Source: Candidatus Aphodosoma sp. (GTDB lineage Bacteria; Bacteroidota; Bacteroidia; Bacteroidales; Paludibacteraceae). From it: DNA of 64,000 nucleotides. The notes under the pieces are model-generated. The model was not told where the DNA came from. It did not search any database and saw only the letters and a list, made by a program, of their open reading frames with translations. The position numbers were made by a program, and so were the translations under genes. Below are positions 53,560 to 61,772 of the stretch, in pieces (within the stretch, counting starts at the first letter, position 1; each line of letters opens with the position of its first letter). The stretch is taken from the NCBI GenBank assembly GCA_045658305.1, contig JAZOUT010000087.1, positions 1,046-65,045 of the forward strand. The letters are read 5' to 3'.

Positions 53560-56541
53560 CTAATGCGCCTCAAGCCAATTCGACCCCACACCAATATCCA
53601 CTCGCAATGGCACCGACAATTTCACGGCTCCTTCCATCTCTTCGCGCACCAATGCCTTCACTCTTTCCACCTCATCAAGCGGAACGTTAAAGTTCAATTC
53701 GTCGTGCACTTGCAATAGCATCTCTGCCTTCAATCCCTCGCGCTTTAATCTATCGGCTATCTTCACCATTGCTATCTTTATAATATCTGCCGCCGTGCCT
53801 TGTATTGGCGCATTCACAGCATTGCGCTCGGCATATCCTCTCACATTTGCGTTCCGTGAATTTATATCTGGCAAATATCTCCTGCGGTGCAACATCGTCT
53901 CTACATACCCATCTCTACGCGCATTCTCTATCGTTGTGTCAATATAATCTTTCACACCTGGGAAGCTCATAAAGTATCCATCTATCAACTCCTTAGCCTC
54001 AGCACGCGATATACCCAATCTCTCCGACAACCCAAAAATAGAGATACCATATATAATGCCAAAATTCGCAGTCTTAGCCTTCCTACGCATATCGCTCGTC
54101 ACCTCCTCAATCGGCACTTTATAGATATTTGCTGCCGTTGCCGCGTGAATGTCATGGTCGGCATTGAACGCCGCCAACATATTCTCATCTTGCGACAAAT
54201 GCGCCATCAATCTTAGCTCTACTTGCGAGTAGTCGGCCGACATAAACACGTGCCCTTCAGATGCTATGAATGCCTTGCGTATCTCTTTGCCTTGCTCATC
54301 GCGAATAGGTATATTCTGCAAGTTTGGGTTCGACGACGACAATCGTCCCGTAGCCGTAACGGTTTGGTTAAACGATGTATGCACTCTGCCTGTCCGCCCA
54401 TTTATCAATTTTGGCAATGCATCTATATAGGTGCTGAGCAACTTCTTCACTCCCCTATATTCCAATATCTCGCCCACCACTGGGTGTTTCGCTCTCAATC
54501 CCTCCAATGTCTCCTCGTCCGTAACATATTGTCCACTTTTTGTTTTCTTAGCTTTATCGCTTATTTTCAACACATCAAACAACAATTCTCCCACCTGTTT
54601 AGGCGAACTAATATTTAGGTTCGAGCCCGATATTTCACGTATATGACGCTCTATGCGCTGCATTTCGGCTGTCATCACGCCCGACGATTGCGCCAATGCA
54701 AAGTCGTCTATTATCACCCCCGTGCGCTCCATCTCTGCCAACACTCTCACGAGTGGCATCTCCACTTCATAAAACAATCTCGCCAAACTTCCATTGTCCC
54801 CACTATTGTCCCCCTGTCTTAGGGGGACGAGCGTAGCGGAGGGGGTCAAACCCACAGGGGGCAAACTCACGGGGGTCAAACCCTCGGGGGTCAAACTCAA
54901 TTGTGGCTCCAACACACCCCTCAATCGCAACGTAATATCAGCATCCTCTGCCGCATAATTGGTTATCTTATCCAACGGCACATCGCGCATCGACCCCTGA
55001 TTCTTTCCCTTCGCGCCTATCAACTCATCGATATGTATTGTCTTATATTTCAACAATATCTCTGCCAAGTAGTCCATACTATGACGCAACTCTGGTTGCA
55101 ACAAATAGTGCGCTATCATCGTGTCAAATAGTTGTCCTTTCAACTCAACACCATAATTTGCCAGCACCATCAAGTCGTATTTAATGTTATGCCCCGTCTT
55201 CTCAATCGCCTCATTCTCAAATACTGCGCGAAACAAATCTACCGTCTTTTGAGCCTCTGCCCTATCCTCACTCACCGGCACATAATATGCTGTAGGCAAT
55301 TGTGAGTTCTCCGACAAGTCCGACAGGTCTGACCCGTCCAACAAATCCGAATTGTGCATTGTGCATTGTACATTGTGCATTGCAAAAGAAAATCCCACCA
55401 ACTCCGCATCCAACACATCCAACGACGTAGTCTCTGTGTCGAACGCAAACATCTTCACCCCCATCAACATCTCCACCAACTCCCTCTGCTTCTCCTCCGT
55501 ATCCACACACACATAATTCACCTTCTCAACATCAAAACTCGCAAACTTCACCTCCTCATTCTCAATTCTCAATTCTCCATTCTCAATTCTCAATTCCTCA
55601 TTCCTAATTCCTAACTCCTCATTATCAAAAAGCGACCCCATCCCCGAATTATCCTTCACTCCTAACTCCTCATTCCTAATTCCTAATTTCTTAATGTGGC
55701 TCCTAAACTCCAACTCCTCATAGATTTCCACCAACGCCTTCACATCTGGCTCCTCTATCACAAATCGCGCCTCATCAAACTCTACAGGCGCATCGGTCTT
55801 TATCGTAGCCAAGAATTTCGAGAACCTAATCTGCTCCACATTTGCCTCCACCTTCGCCCTTAGCGCACCTTTTATTTCATCCGTATGCGACAACATATTG
55901 TCTATACCGCCAAATTGTTGCAACAACTTCACCGCTGTCTTCTCTCCCACGCCTGGGCAACCAGGTATGTTGTCCGACGCATCACCCATCAATCCCAACA
56001 AATCAATCACTTGCGCAGTCGATTCCAACCCCCATTTCTCCAACACCTCTGCCACGCCGAGCGTATCAAATCCCGACCCGCCAAATCGTGGTTTATAGAT
56101 TTTAATATTCTCTGTCACCAACTGCCCATAATCCTTATCAGGCGTCATCATCAACACCTCAAAACCCTCCTTCTCAGCCAACCCTGCCAACGTACCAATC
56201 ACATCATCTGCCTCATAGCCCGGCACCTCAATCACCGGTATTCTATATGCCTCCACTATCTGCTTGATGATAGGCACCGCCTTACGAATATCCTCTGGCG
56301 TAGCCTCACGATTTGCCTTATACTCCTCGTATGCCTCATGCCTGAATGTCGGACCCGACGGGTCGAACACCACTGCCAAATGCGAAGGCTTCTCCCGTGT
56401 CAACACATCCTCCAGCGTATTCACAAAACCAAATATCGCCGACGTATTCATCCCCTTCGAATTAATCCTCGGCATACGCATAAATGCATAATAAGCCCTA
56501 TAAATCAACGCATAAGCATCAAGCAAAAACAATCTTTTCAT
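53560..56541 (-). CDS. polA: DNA polymerase I (993 aa) carrying three in-frame short-repeat insertions
   Basis: 5'-nuclease N-terminus (LFLLDAYALIYRAYYA), 3'-5' exo (FAFDTETTSLD), polymerase motifs (DYSQVELR, RRKAKTANFGIIYG, QVHDEL). Low-complexity inserts are detailed under findings. Confidence 0.96.
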   Translation of the reverse strand: MKRLFLLDAYALIYRAYYAFMRMPRINSKGMNTSAIFGFVNTLEDVLTREKPSHLAVVFDPSGPTFRHEAYEEYKANREATPEDIRKAVPIIKQIVEAYRIPVIEVPGYEADDVIGTLAGLAEKEGFEVLMMTPDKDYGQLVTENIKIYKPRFGGSGFDTLGVAEVLEKWGLESTAQVIDLLGLMGDASDNIPGCPGVGEKTAVKLLQQFGGIDNMLSHTDEIKGALRAKVEANVEQIRFSKFLATIKTDAPVEFDEARFVIEEPDVKALVEIYEELEFRSHIKKLGIRNEELGVKDNSGMGSLFDNEELGIRNEELRIENGELRIENEEVKFASFDVEKVNYVCVDTEEKQRELVEMLMGVKMFAFDTETTSLDVLDAELVGFSFAMHNVQCTMHNSDLLDGSDLSDLSENSQLPTAYYVPVSEDRAEAQKTVDLFRAVFENEAIEKTGHNIKYDLMVLANYGVELKGQLFDTMIAHYLLQPELRHSMDYLAEILLKYKTIHIDELIGAKGKNQGSMRDVPLDKITNYAAEDADITLRLRGVLEPQLSLTPEGLTPVSLPPVGLTPSATLVPLRQGDNSGDNGSLARLFYEVEMPLVRVLAEMERTGVIIDDFALAQSSGVMTAEMQRIERHIREISGSNLNISSPKQVGELLFDVLKISDKAKKTKSGQYVTDEETLEGLRAKHPVVGEILEYRGVKKLLSTYIDALPKLINGRTGRVHTSFNQTVTATGRLSSSNPNLQNIPIRDEQGKEIRKAFIASEGHVFMSADYSQVELRLMAHLSQDENMLAAFNADHDIHAATAANIYKVPIEEVTSDMRRKAKTANFGIIYGISIFGLSERLGISRAEAKELIDGYFMSFPGVKDYIDTTIENARRDGYVETMLHRRRYLPDINSRNANVRGYAERNAVNAPIQGTAADIIKIAMVKIADRLKREGLKAEMLLQVHDELNFNVPLDEVERVKALVREEMEGAVKLSVPLRVDIGVGSNWLEAH
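54791..54898 (-). repeat. In-frame repeat insertion 3 in polA: 2x12-bp units, a 7-bp-stem palindrome and 4x15-bp units
   Basis: attgtcccc recurs at a 12-nt spacing. Palindrome gtccccc-tgtctta-gggggac. Four 15-mers, (g)gggtcaaac-type, at 54839-54898. Translated as LTPEGLTPVSLPPVGLTPSATLVPLRQGDNSGDNGS. Confidence 0.85.
55311..55383 (-). repeat. In-frame repeat insertion 2 in polA: 5x9-bp (CCGACAAGT family) abutting 4.7x7-bp (ATTGTGC family)
   Basis: ccgacaagt ccgacaggt ctgacccgt ccaacaaat ccgaattgt, then attgtgc attgtgc attgtac attgtgc attgc. Translated as AMHNVQCTMHNSDLLDGSDLSDLSE. Confidence 0.9.
55554..55688 (-). repeat. In-frame repeat insertion 1 in polA: 10-unit and 4-unit heptamer arrays (AATTGAG/AATTAGG/AATGAGG on the coding strand)
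   Basis: Plus strand 55554-55623: cctcatt ctcaatt ctcaatt ctccatt ctcaatt ctcaatt cctcatt cctaatt cctaact cctcatt. 55661-55688: cctaact cctcatt cctaatt cctaatt. Translated as NEELGIRNEELRIENGELRIENEE and LGIRNEELG. Confidence 0.9.
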
Positions 56542-56582
56542 AATTCAAATATTTAATATCTTAATAAAAATCAACAACCATT

Positions 56583-56624
56583 ATTGACCATCGACTATCG
56601 ACGATTGTCCATCAACATTTCAAC
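56583..56624. repeat. Heptamer array (ATTGACC/ATCGACT family, ~6 units) in the polA upstream region
   Basis: attgacc atcgact atcgacg attgtcc atcaaca tttcaac. Confidence 0.65.
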
Positions 56625-56690
56625 CACAAAATTAACAAAAAAAATCCAAACAACCATCACATTCCCACAAAAAATCCACACATAACAAAC

Positions 56691-56776
56691 CAGTGCAACC
56701 AGTGCAAGCAGTGCAACCCCCAAAAAACTGAAAATGCACCTTGCACACCTTGCACTACTTGCACTACTTGCACTCC
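56691..56776. repeat. Two 9-bp tandem arrays in inverted orientation (potential ~27-bp imperfect stem)
   Basis: cagtgcaac cagtgcaag cagtgcaac (56691-717) against ttgcacacc ttgcactac ttgcactac ttgcactcc (56741-76). cttgcactg is the rc of cagtgcaag. Confidence 0.8.
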
Positions 56777-56859
56777 CAATCATGAGCGAAGCGAATAACT
56801 CTTAATTAACACAACGCCGCATGGCAATTTTATCGCCAAAGGCACAAAGACCTTCGGTT

Positions 56860-56887
56860 CTTAATTCTTAATTGTTAATTATTAATT
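56860..56887. repeat. Heptamer array (CTTAATT x4), preceded by gaccttcggttc, the rc of the GAACCGAAGGTC module seen at 53368/53412/53461
   Basis: cttaatt cttaatt gttaatt attaatt. Confidence 0.8.
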
Positions 56888-57189
56888 CCCCCCCACTCAT
56901 AGTGTGTACTACCCCACAGCAACCCTCAAGCAACCTGCAAGCAAGCAAACAGTCAAGGAGAGAACGCAAACACACACTCACAGTATGTGTTTTGCTGAGC
57001 GACGCAGACTGTTCACGACCGAAGGGAGTAAACCGTCAAAAAGCGAACGCAAAAATACACAACGAGAGTGTGTATTCCGCAGTGTAGGGACACTCGGTTC
57101 GAGTGTCCTCTCAACCGACAGGTTGAAAAAAACATAATCATTTGTCTCTAACGAAACATCGGACGCACGAACCGAGCATCCCTGCTAAT

Positions 57190-57221
57190 AAGATACATCC
57201 CTCACGATGTATCTCTTTTTT
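57190..57221 (+). terminator. Orphan plus-strand Rho-independent terminator with no annotated gene upstream
   Basis: agatacatc (57190-98) pairs with gatgtatct (57205-13), followed by c plus T7. Confidence 0.7.
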
Positions 57222-57402
57222 TAATGAGTAAACAACATTAAACAATCATTTCTATCTTAAACAATCACAAACCGTCAGTGCCCCAGCAAAATATCGTAAC
57301 TTTGCACCGCATTTCATCACCCAACATAGCACTCCACAACACCCATCATCACATTAATCAAAAAAACATAAAAAAACTTATTGCCAATTACAAAAAAATC
57401 AC

Positions 57403-57410
57403 TACCTTTG
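57403..57410 (+). promoter_or_regulatory. -7 promoter motif TACCTTTG for the hydrogenase gene (a second motif, TAACTTTG, lies at 57297-57304)
   Basis: Motif 92 nt upstream of the ATG at 57502. The upstream copy is 198 nt away. Confidence 0.5.
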
Positions 57411-57462
57411 TACCTTGAAAAATTATACACAAAAAAACTTCATCAAAGTGAGATAAAAAGCT

Positions 57463-57497
57463 CACTAATAACTAGTAACTAGTAACTAATCACTAAA
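57463..57497 (+). repeat. Heptamer array (5 units) in the hydrogenase 5' UTR, ending 4 nt before the ATG
   Basis: cactaat aactagt aactagt aactaat cactaaa. Confidence 0.75.
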
Positions 57498-57501
57498 TAT
57501 T

Positions 57502-58962
57502 ATGGCTTTTACTAACAATGTAATGATTGTTCGCCATGGTCTTTTGGCGAAACTCGTAAAACTTTGGAAAGAAGACAAACTCGTTGAAGAAATCGACGAG
57601 CTCCCTATCCAGCTCTCTCCACGTCAATCTAAAGTTCGTGGCCGTTGCTGTATTCACAAAGAACGCGCAGTGTGGAAATACAAAACTTTCCCTCTCCTCG
57701 GCTTCGATATGTCTGACGAAGTGAGCGAAAACACTCCACTCTCTCACTATGCTAAAGAAGCTCTTGCTCGCCAAGAACGCACTAAAAAGAACATCATGTG
57801 CGTGATGGACGAAGCTTGCTCTTCTTGCGTTCAAACTAACTACGAAATCTCTAACCTCTGCCGTGGTTGCGTTGCTCGTAGTTGTTATATGAACTGCCCT
57901 AAAAACGCAATTCACTTCAAATCTAATGGTCAAGCCGAAATCGACCACGATGTTTGTATCTCTTGCGGTATCTGTCACCAAAGCTGTCCTTACCACGCTA
58001 TCATCTACGTGCCAGTGCCTTGCGAAGAAGCTTGCCCTGTAAAAGCTATCACTAAAGACGAACATGGCGTAGAGCACATCGACGAAAACAAATGTATCTA
58101 TTGCGGTAAATGCGTCAACGCTTGCCCATTCGGTGCTATCTTCGAAATATCTCAAGTATTCGACATCCTCGAAACTATCAAAAACCCTAACAAAAAAATC
58201 GTGGCAATGGTAGCTCCTGCTATCCTTTCACAATTCAACACTACTCTCGAACACCTCTACGGCGCACTCAAAGAAATCGGCTTCGACGACGTTATCGAAG
58301 TTGCCCTCGGTGCTGACGAAACTACTCGTCGCGAAAGCCACGAGCTCATCGAGAAACTCGAAGAAGGTCAACCATTCATGACTACTTCATGCTGCCCTTC
58401 TTACATCCAACTCGTAAAGAAACACATCCCAGAAATGGAAAAATATGTTTCTACTACTCTCTCTCCAATGCGCTACACTGCCGAAATTGCTAAAGAAAAA
58501 TATCCTGACTGCAAAACAGTATTCATCGGCCCATGTATCGCTAAACGTAAAGAGGCTGAATATAGCGAAAACGTTGACTTCGTAATGACTTTCGAAGAAC
58601 TTGGCTCAATCCTCGACGGTATGGAAATCAACCTCGAACAAGTTGCTCCATTCCAAATCGACAAAGAAGCTTACCTCTCTTCTCATGGTTATGGTTCTAC
58701 AGGCGGTGTAACTAAAGCTGTTGTTGAACACCTCGGTGGTCCAGAAGTTAACGCTCTTCTCCTCAGCAACCTCAACAAGAAAAACATCGGTCTCCTCCGT
58801 GCATACGCTAAATCTGGCAAATGCCCTAACCAATTCATCGAAGTTATGGCTTGCGAAAACGGCTGTATCAGCGGTCCTGTGACTCGTATTGACAAAGCTA
58901 CTGCAGCTAAAGTCTATACAAAAGAATTAGCTAAAATGGCAACTCAACGAGAGCAAAAATAA
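57502..58962 (+). CDS. Monomeric [FeFe]-hydrogenase-type protein (486 aa) with two 4Fe-4S ferredoxin motifs and H-cluster motifs
   Basis: CISCGICHQSCPYHAI and CIYCGKCVNACPFGAI (4Fe-4S). TSCCPSY, GPCIAKRKE and EVMACENGCISGP match H-cluster signatures L1-L3. Confidence 0.85.
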   Translation: MAFTNNVMIVRHGLLAKLVKLWKEDKLVEEIDELPIQLSPRQSKVRGRCCIHKERAVWKYKTFPLLGFDMSDEVSENTPLSHYAKEALARQERTKKNIMCVMDEACSSCVQTNYEISNLCRGCVARSCYMNCPKNAIHFKSNGQAEIDHDVCISCGICHQSCPYHAIIYVPVPCEEACPVKAITKDEHGVEHIDENKCIYCGKCVNACPFGAIFEISQVFDILETIKNPNKKIVAMVAPAILSQFNTTLEHLYGALKEIGFDDVIEVALGADETTRRESHELIEKLEEGQPFMTTSCCPSYIQLVKKHIPEMEKYVSTTLSPMRYTAEIAKEKYPDCKTVFIGPCIAKRKEAEYSENVDFVMTFEELGSILDGMEINLEQVAPFQIDKEAYLSSHGYGSTGGVTKAVVEHLGGPEVNALLLSNLNKKNIGLLRAYAKSGKCPNQFIEVMACENGCISGPVTRIDKATAAKVYTKELAKMATQREQK

Positions 58963-58988
58963 AATCATACAGATTACATAAACAAAAA

Positions 58989-59022
58989 AGAGTGTGTTAG
59001 TTTTTTAACACACTCTTTTTTT
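58989..59022 (+). terminator. Rho-independent terminator of the hydrogenase gene
   Basis: agagtgtgtta (58989-99) pairs with taacacactct (59006-16), followed by T6. Confidence 0.85.
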
Positions 59023-59065
59023 ATAAAAAAAACAAAAACTGCTCTACCCACACTCGCCCTATATA

Positions 59066-59098
59066 ACAAAAAGGCTGTAAAAAAATCTTTACAGCCTA
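59066..59098 (-). terminator. Rho-independent terminator of 59121..61673
   Basis: aggctgtaaa (59072-81) pairs with tttacagcct (59088-97), with a T-run on the minus strand. Confidence 0.8.
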
Positions 59099-59120
59099 TA
59101 TCATAAACATTTACAAATCA

Positions 59121-61673
59121 TCAAAAATCCATACCTTCGTCCATACCTTCGCCACCCATATCCATACCGCCTGATTGTGGACGTTGTTTTTTAGCACGCA
59201 TATTACCAAAGTTGTAGGTCAATGTCACTGAGAACATTGTGCCTCGTGGCTCGTGAGATGAGTATTGCCAGAAGTTGTCGCCCCATGTAGTACTTGCCCA
59301 ACGACGTGAGTTCAACAAGTCGCGAACCGAAATTGCAAGATTCAACTTACGGTCTAAGAAGCTTTTACGCACACCTAGGTCAACTACATATTGCGAGTTC
59401 ATCTTGCCTTGTGCCACTACATCTGCCGAACGATACATACCGGTCAACTGAGCCGACCATCCCATTGGTATCAAGAAGTTTGCCATCAATCGTGCATTCC
59501 AAGAGAAACTTTGTTGGAATGGGTAGAGCAAATCCAATTCGCCATCGAGGTTTGTATCGTAGAACACACTATCCATCGCTGCATAATAGCAGTTTACGGT
59601 TGTGGTGAGATTCAACCATTTTGTGACTTTATTTTTTGCAACTACTTCAAGACCTGCACTCTGGCGGCGCGACACGTTTTCGAATGTCGAATACATCACG
59701 TTATCATCCAAATAACGCACACGTTCGATTGCATTGTCTGAGAAACGATAGTACAATCCTGCCGATATTGCGTGGTCATCCCAAGTTTTAAGGTAGTTCA
59801 ACTCTACTGCGCTCGAAATCTCTGGGTCCAATAATGGGTTACCGAACGAGATATTTGTCGAGTCGCTCATATCGCGGAACGAGTTGATCTGACGGCCACG
59901 AGGACGATTGATACGACGTGTGTAGTTGGCTTGCAACTCGTGATTATTTGGGAATGCATACGACAAAAATGCTGTTGGATACACCTCGAAATAGCCTCGA
60001 CGAGTTGACGACCACGCCGACTCTTCTTCTACATCGCGCGTACGCACAAACGTATTTGTATATTCGCCACGCAAACCAAGCGACATACTGAATGGACCGA
60101 ATTTCGCACCATAAGTAGCATACATCGCCGCAATCCACTCTTCATAATTGAAGTCATTGAATTGAATCAAAAGGCTATCTATATACGACGTAGATGAATT
60201 CATGTCCAAATCCCAAGCTCTCGATGGCGACAAGCGTTGTTGCCATGAACCATACAATCCAGCTTCGACTTTTTGTGTCTGTCCAATTTTTTGTGTATAA
60301 TCCAATTTATAACGCGCACTTTGATTCTTTCCATCTTGGCGTTGAACTTGAGTATACTCATGAGTATATTCAGGACTCATTCCCAATTCTCCATTCCAAC
60401 CATGAACAGCTGATTGGTCATAAATATAATCTCCCGAACGTTTATGACCCGAATATTCGATACTTGTACGCACCTCCGAGCCCATCTTGTCTATTTCATA
60501 CACATAATCTAACGCCATACTATAGGATGGATTTTTTCCATTCTGACGACTTTTTCTTACATACATTGTTGTATCCATCATAGACCAATCGACCTCAGTA
60601 TAAAGAATATCATTCGCTGTTCCATTAACTCCACCATGACCCATCAACGAGATGCCGATTGTGCTCTTTTTAGAGATATGGAAATCGGCACCCATACGAC
60701 CAAACAAGCCTAAAAACTTACGACTACTTGCCGACAAGGTGTTCAAATACGAAAGCGTATCGCCCCATTGTTCACGCACATCTTCATACGAATCCAACGG
60801 CAATCGCTCGAACGAATAACGATCTGTGTAGTTCTCCGACTCATGACTCATATAGCGCGCACCAAGATTGACATAAAAATCTACCAAACTACTATTATAA
60901 TTGAAGTTAGCACCCACGTGTGCACCTGGTGCTGGAGATCCGATATTATACATACCACCTGCCGACACCGAGCCGTAATAGCCTGCTTTACGGTCTTTTT
61001 TCAACACGAGGTTGATGATACCAGCTGTACCCTCTGGGTTGAATTTTGCCGATGGATTGGTGATAACCTCCACTGCTTCAATACTTCCCGCAGGCATCTG
61101 CTCCAATATCTGAGCGCGGTTCTCTTCGGTCAAACCACTTGGTTTACCGTTAATCCACACCTCCACGCTCGACGAGTTTCTCAACGAAATATTACCCTCA
61201 TTGTCAACATCTACCGATGGTATACCTTGCAACATCTCCGATGCCGAAGCACCCGATGCCGCCAAGTTTTGGTCTACATTAAACACTTTTTTGTCGATAT
61301 CAAATCGCATTTGTGACGCCTGACCTACTACTTCCACCTCGCCCAACATCTTGGCATCTTCACGCAACACAAGTCGGCCCAATGCCACTTGGTCACTCAA
61401 TGATTTCACGCTCACGTCACGTTTAATAGTTTGATAACCAACAAACGTAATATCCAATTCATACTCACCTGCAGGCACATTCAATACCTCGAAATGACCA
61501 GTCGCGTCAGATATTGCGCCATACACCGCGCTCTTATCCGACTTCGAGGTCAACATAACATTCACAAAATCCAATGCCGAACCACCAGCATCTACAATTT
61601 TACCTTTTACTACGGCCGCCTCCATTGCCATCACAGCAAATACAGCCACCAAAAACAATACAATTCTTTTCAT
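59121..61673 (-). CDS. Outer-membrane beta-barrel / TonB-dependent-receptor-like protein with carboxypeptidase-regulatory-like N-domain (850 aa)
   Basis: Signal peptide; VVKGKIVDAGGSALDFVNVML...ATGHFEV (CarbopepD_reg-like); plug-like region; barrel ending TLTYNF, followed by a 25-aa repeat-encoded tail ...GGMDMGGEGMDEGMDF. Confidence 0.85.
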   Translation of the reverse strand: MKRIVLFLVAVFAVMAMEAAVVKGKIVDAGGSALDFVNVMLTSKSDKSAVYGAISDATGHFEVLNVPAGEYELDITFVGYQTIKRDVSVKSLSDQVALGRLVLREDAKMLGEVEVVGQASQMRFDIDKKVFNVDQNLAASGASASEMLQGIPSVDVDNEGNISLRNSSSVEVWINGKPSGLTEENRAQILEQMPAGSIEAVEVITNPSAKFNPEGTAGIINLVLKKDRKAGYYGSVSAGGMYNIGSPAPGAHVGANFNYNSSLVDFYVNLGARYMSHESENYTDRYSFERLPLDSYEDVREQWGDTLSYLNTLSASSRKFLGLFGRMGADFHISKKSTIGISLMGHGGVNGTANDILYTEVDWSMMDTTMYVRKSRQNGKNPSYSMALDYVYEIDKMGSEVRTSIEYSGHKRSGDYIYDQSAVHGWNGELGMSPEYTHEYTQVQRQDGKNQSARYKLDYTQKIGQTQKVEAGLYGSWQQRLSPSRAWDLDMNSSTSYIDSLLIQFNDFNYEEWIAAMYATYGAKFGPFSMSLGLRGEYTNTFVRTRDVEEESAWSSTRRGYFEVYPTAFLSYAFPNNHELQANYTRRINRPRGRQINSFRDMSDSTNISFGNPLLDPEISSAVELNYLKTWDDHAISAGLYYRFSDNAIERVRYLDDNVMYSTFENVSRRQSAGLEVVAKNKVTKWLNLTTTVNCYYAAMDSVFYDTNLDGELDLLYPFQQSFSWNARLMANFLIPMGWSAQLTGMYRSADVVAQGKMNSQYVVDLGVRKSFLDRKLNLAISVRDLLNSRRWASTTWGDNFWQYSSHEPRGTMFSVTLTYNFGNMRAKKQRPQSGGMDMGGEGMDEGMDF

Positions 61674-61772
61674 TATAATTATTATAGTCCAAATTATTTA
61701 TACACTTCCAACTCGATAGACTACAAACCCACCAATAAGTTTAATCCAAAATTAAAAAAATTATAAAAATTC

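Noticed and set aside
57097-57117. Hairpin containing GGTTCGA, considered as a tRNA/tmRNA T-arm
   Set aside because: The 8-bp stem with a 5-nt loop does not fit the 5-bp stem and 7-nt T-loop (G53/C61 rule). No acceptor, D or anticodon arms or tag-ORF are nearby.
56595-57137. 62-, 71- and 77-aa ORFs upstream of polA
   Set aside because: They are translations of the 9-mer arrays and hairpin units (e.g. SASSASSARCARC). Two of them overlap each other in different frames. They are not credible genes.
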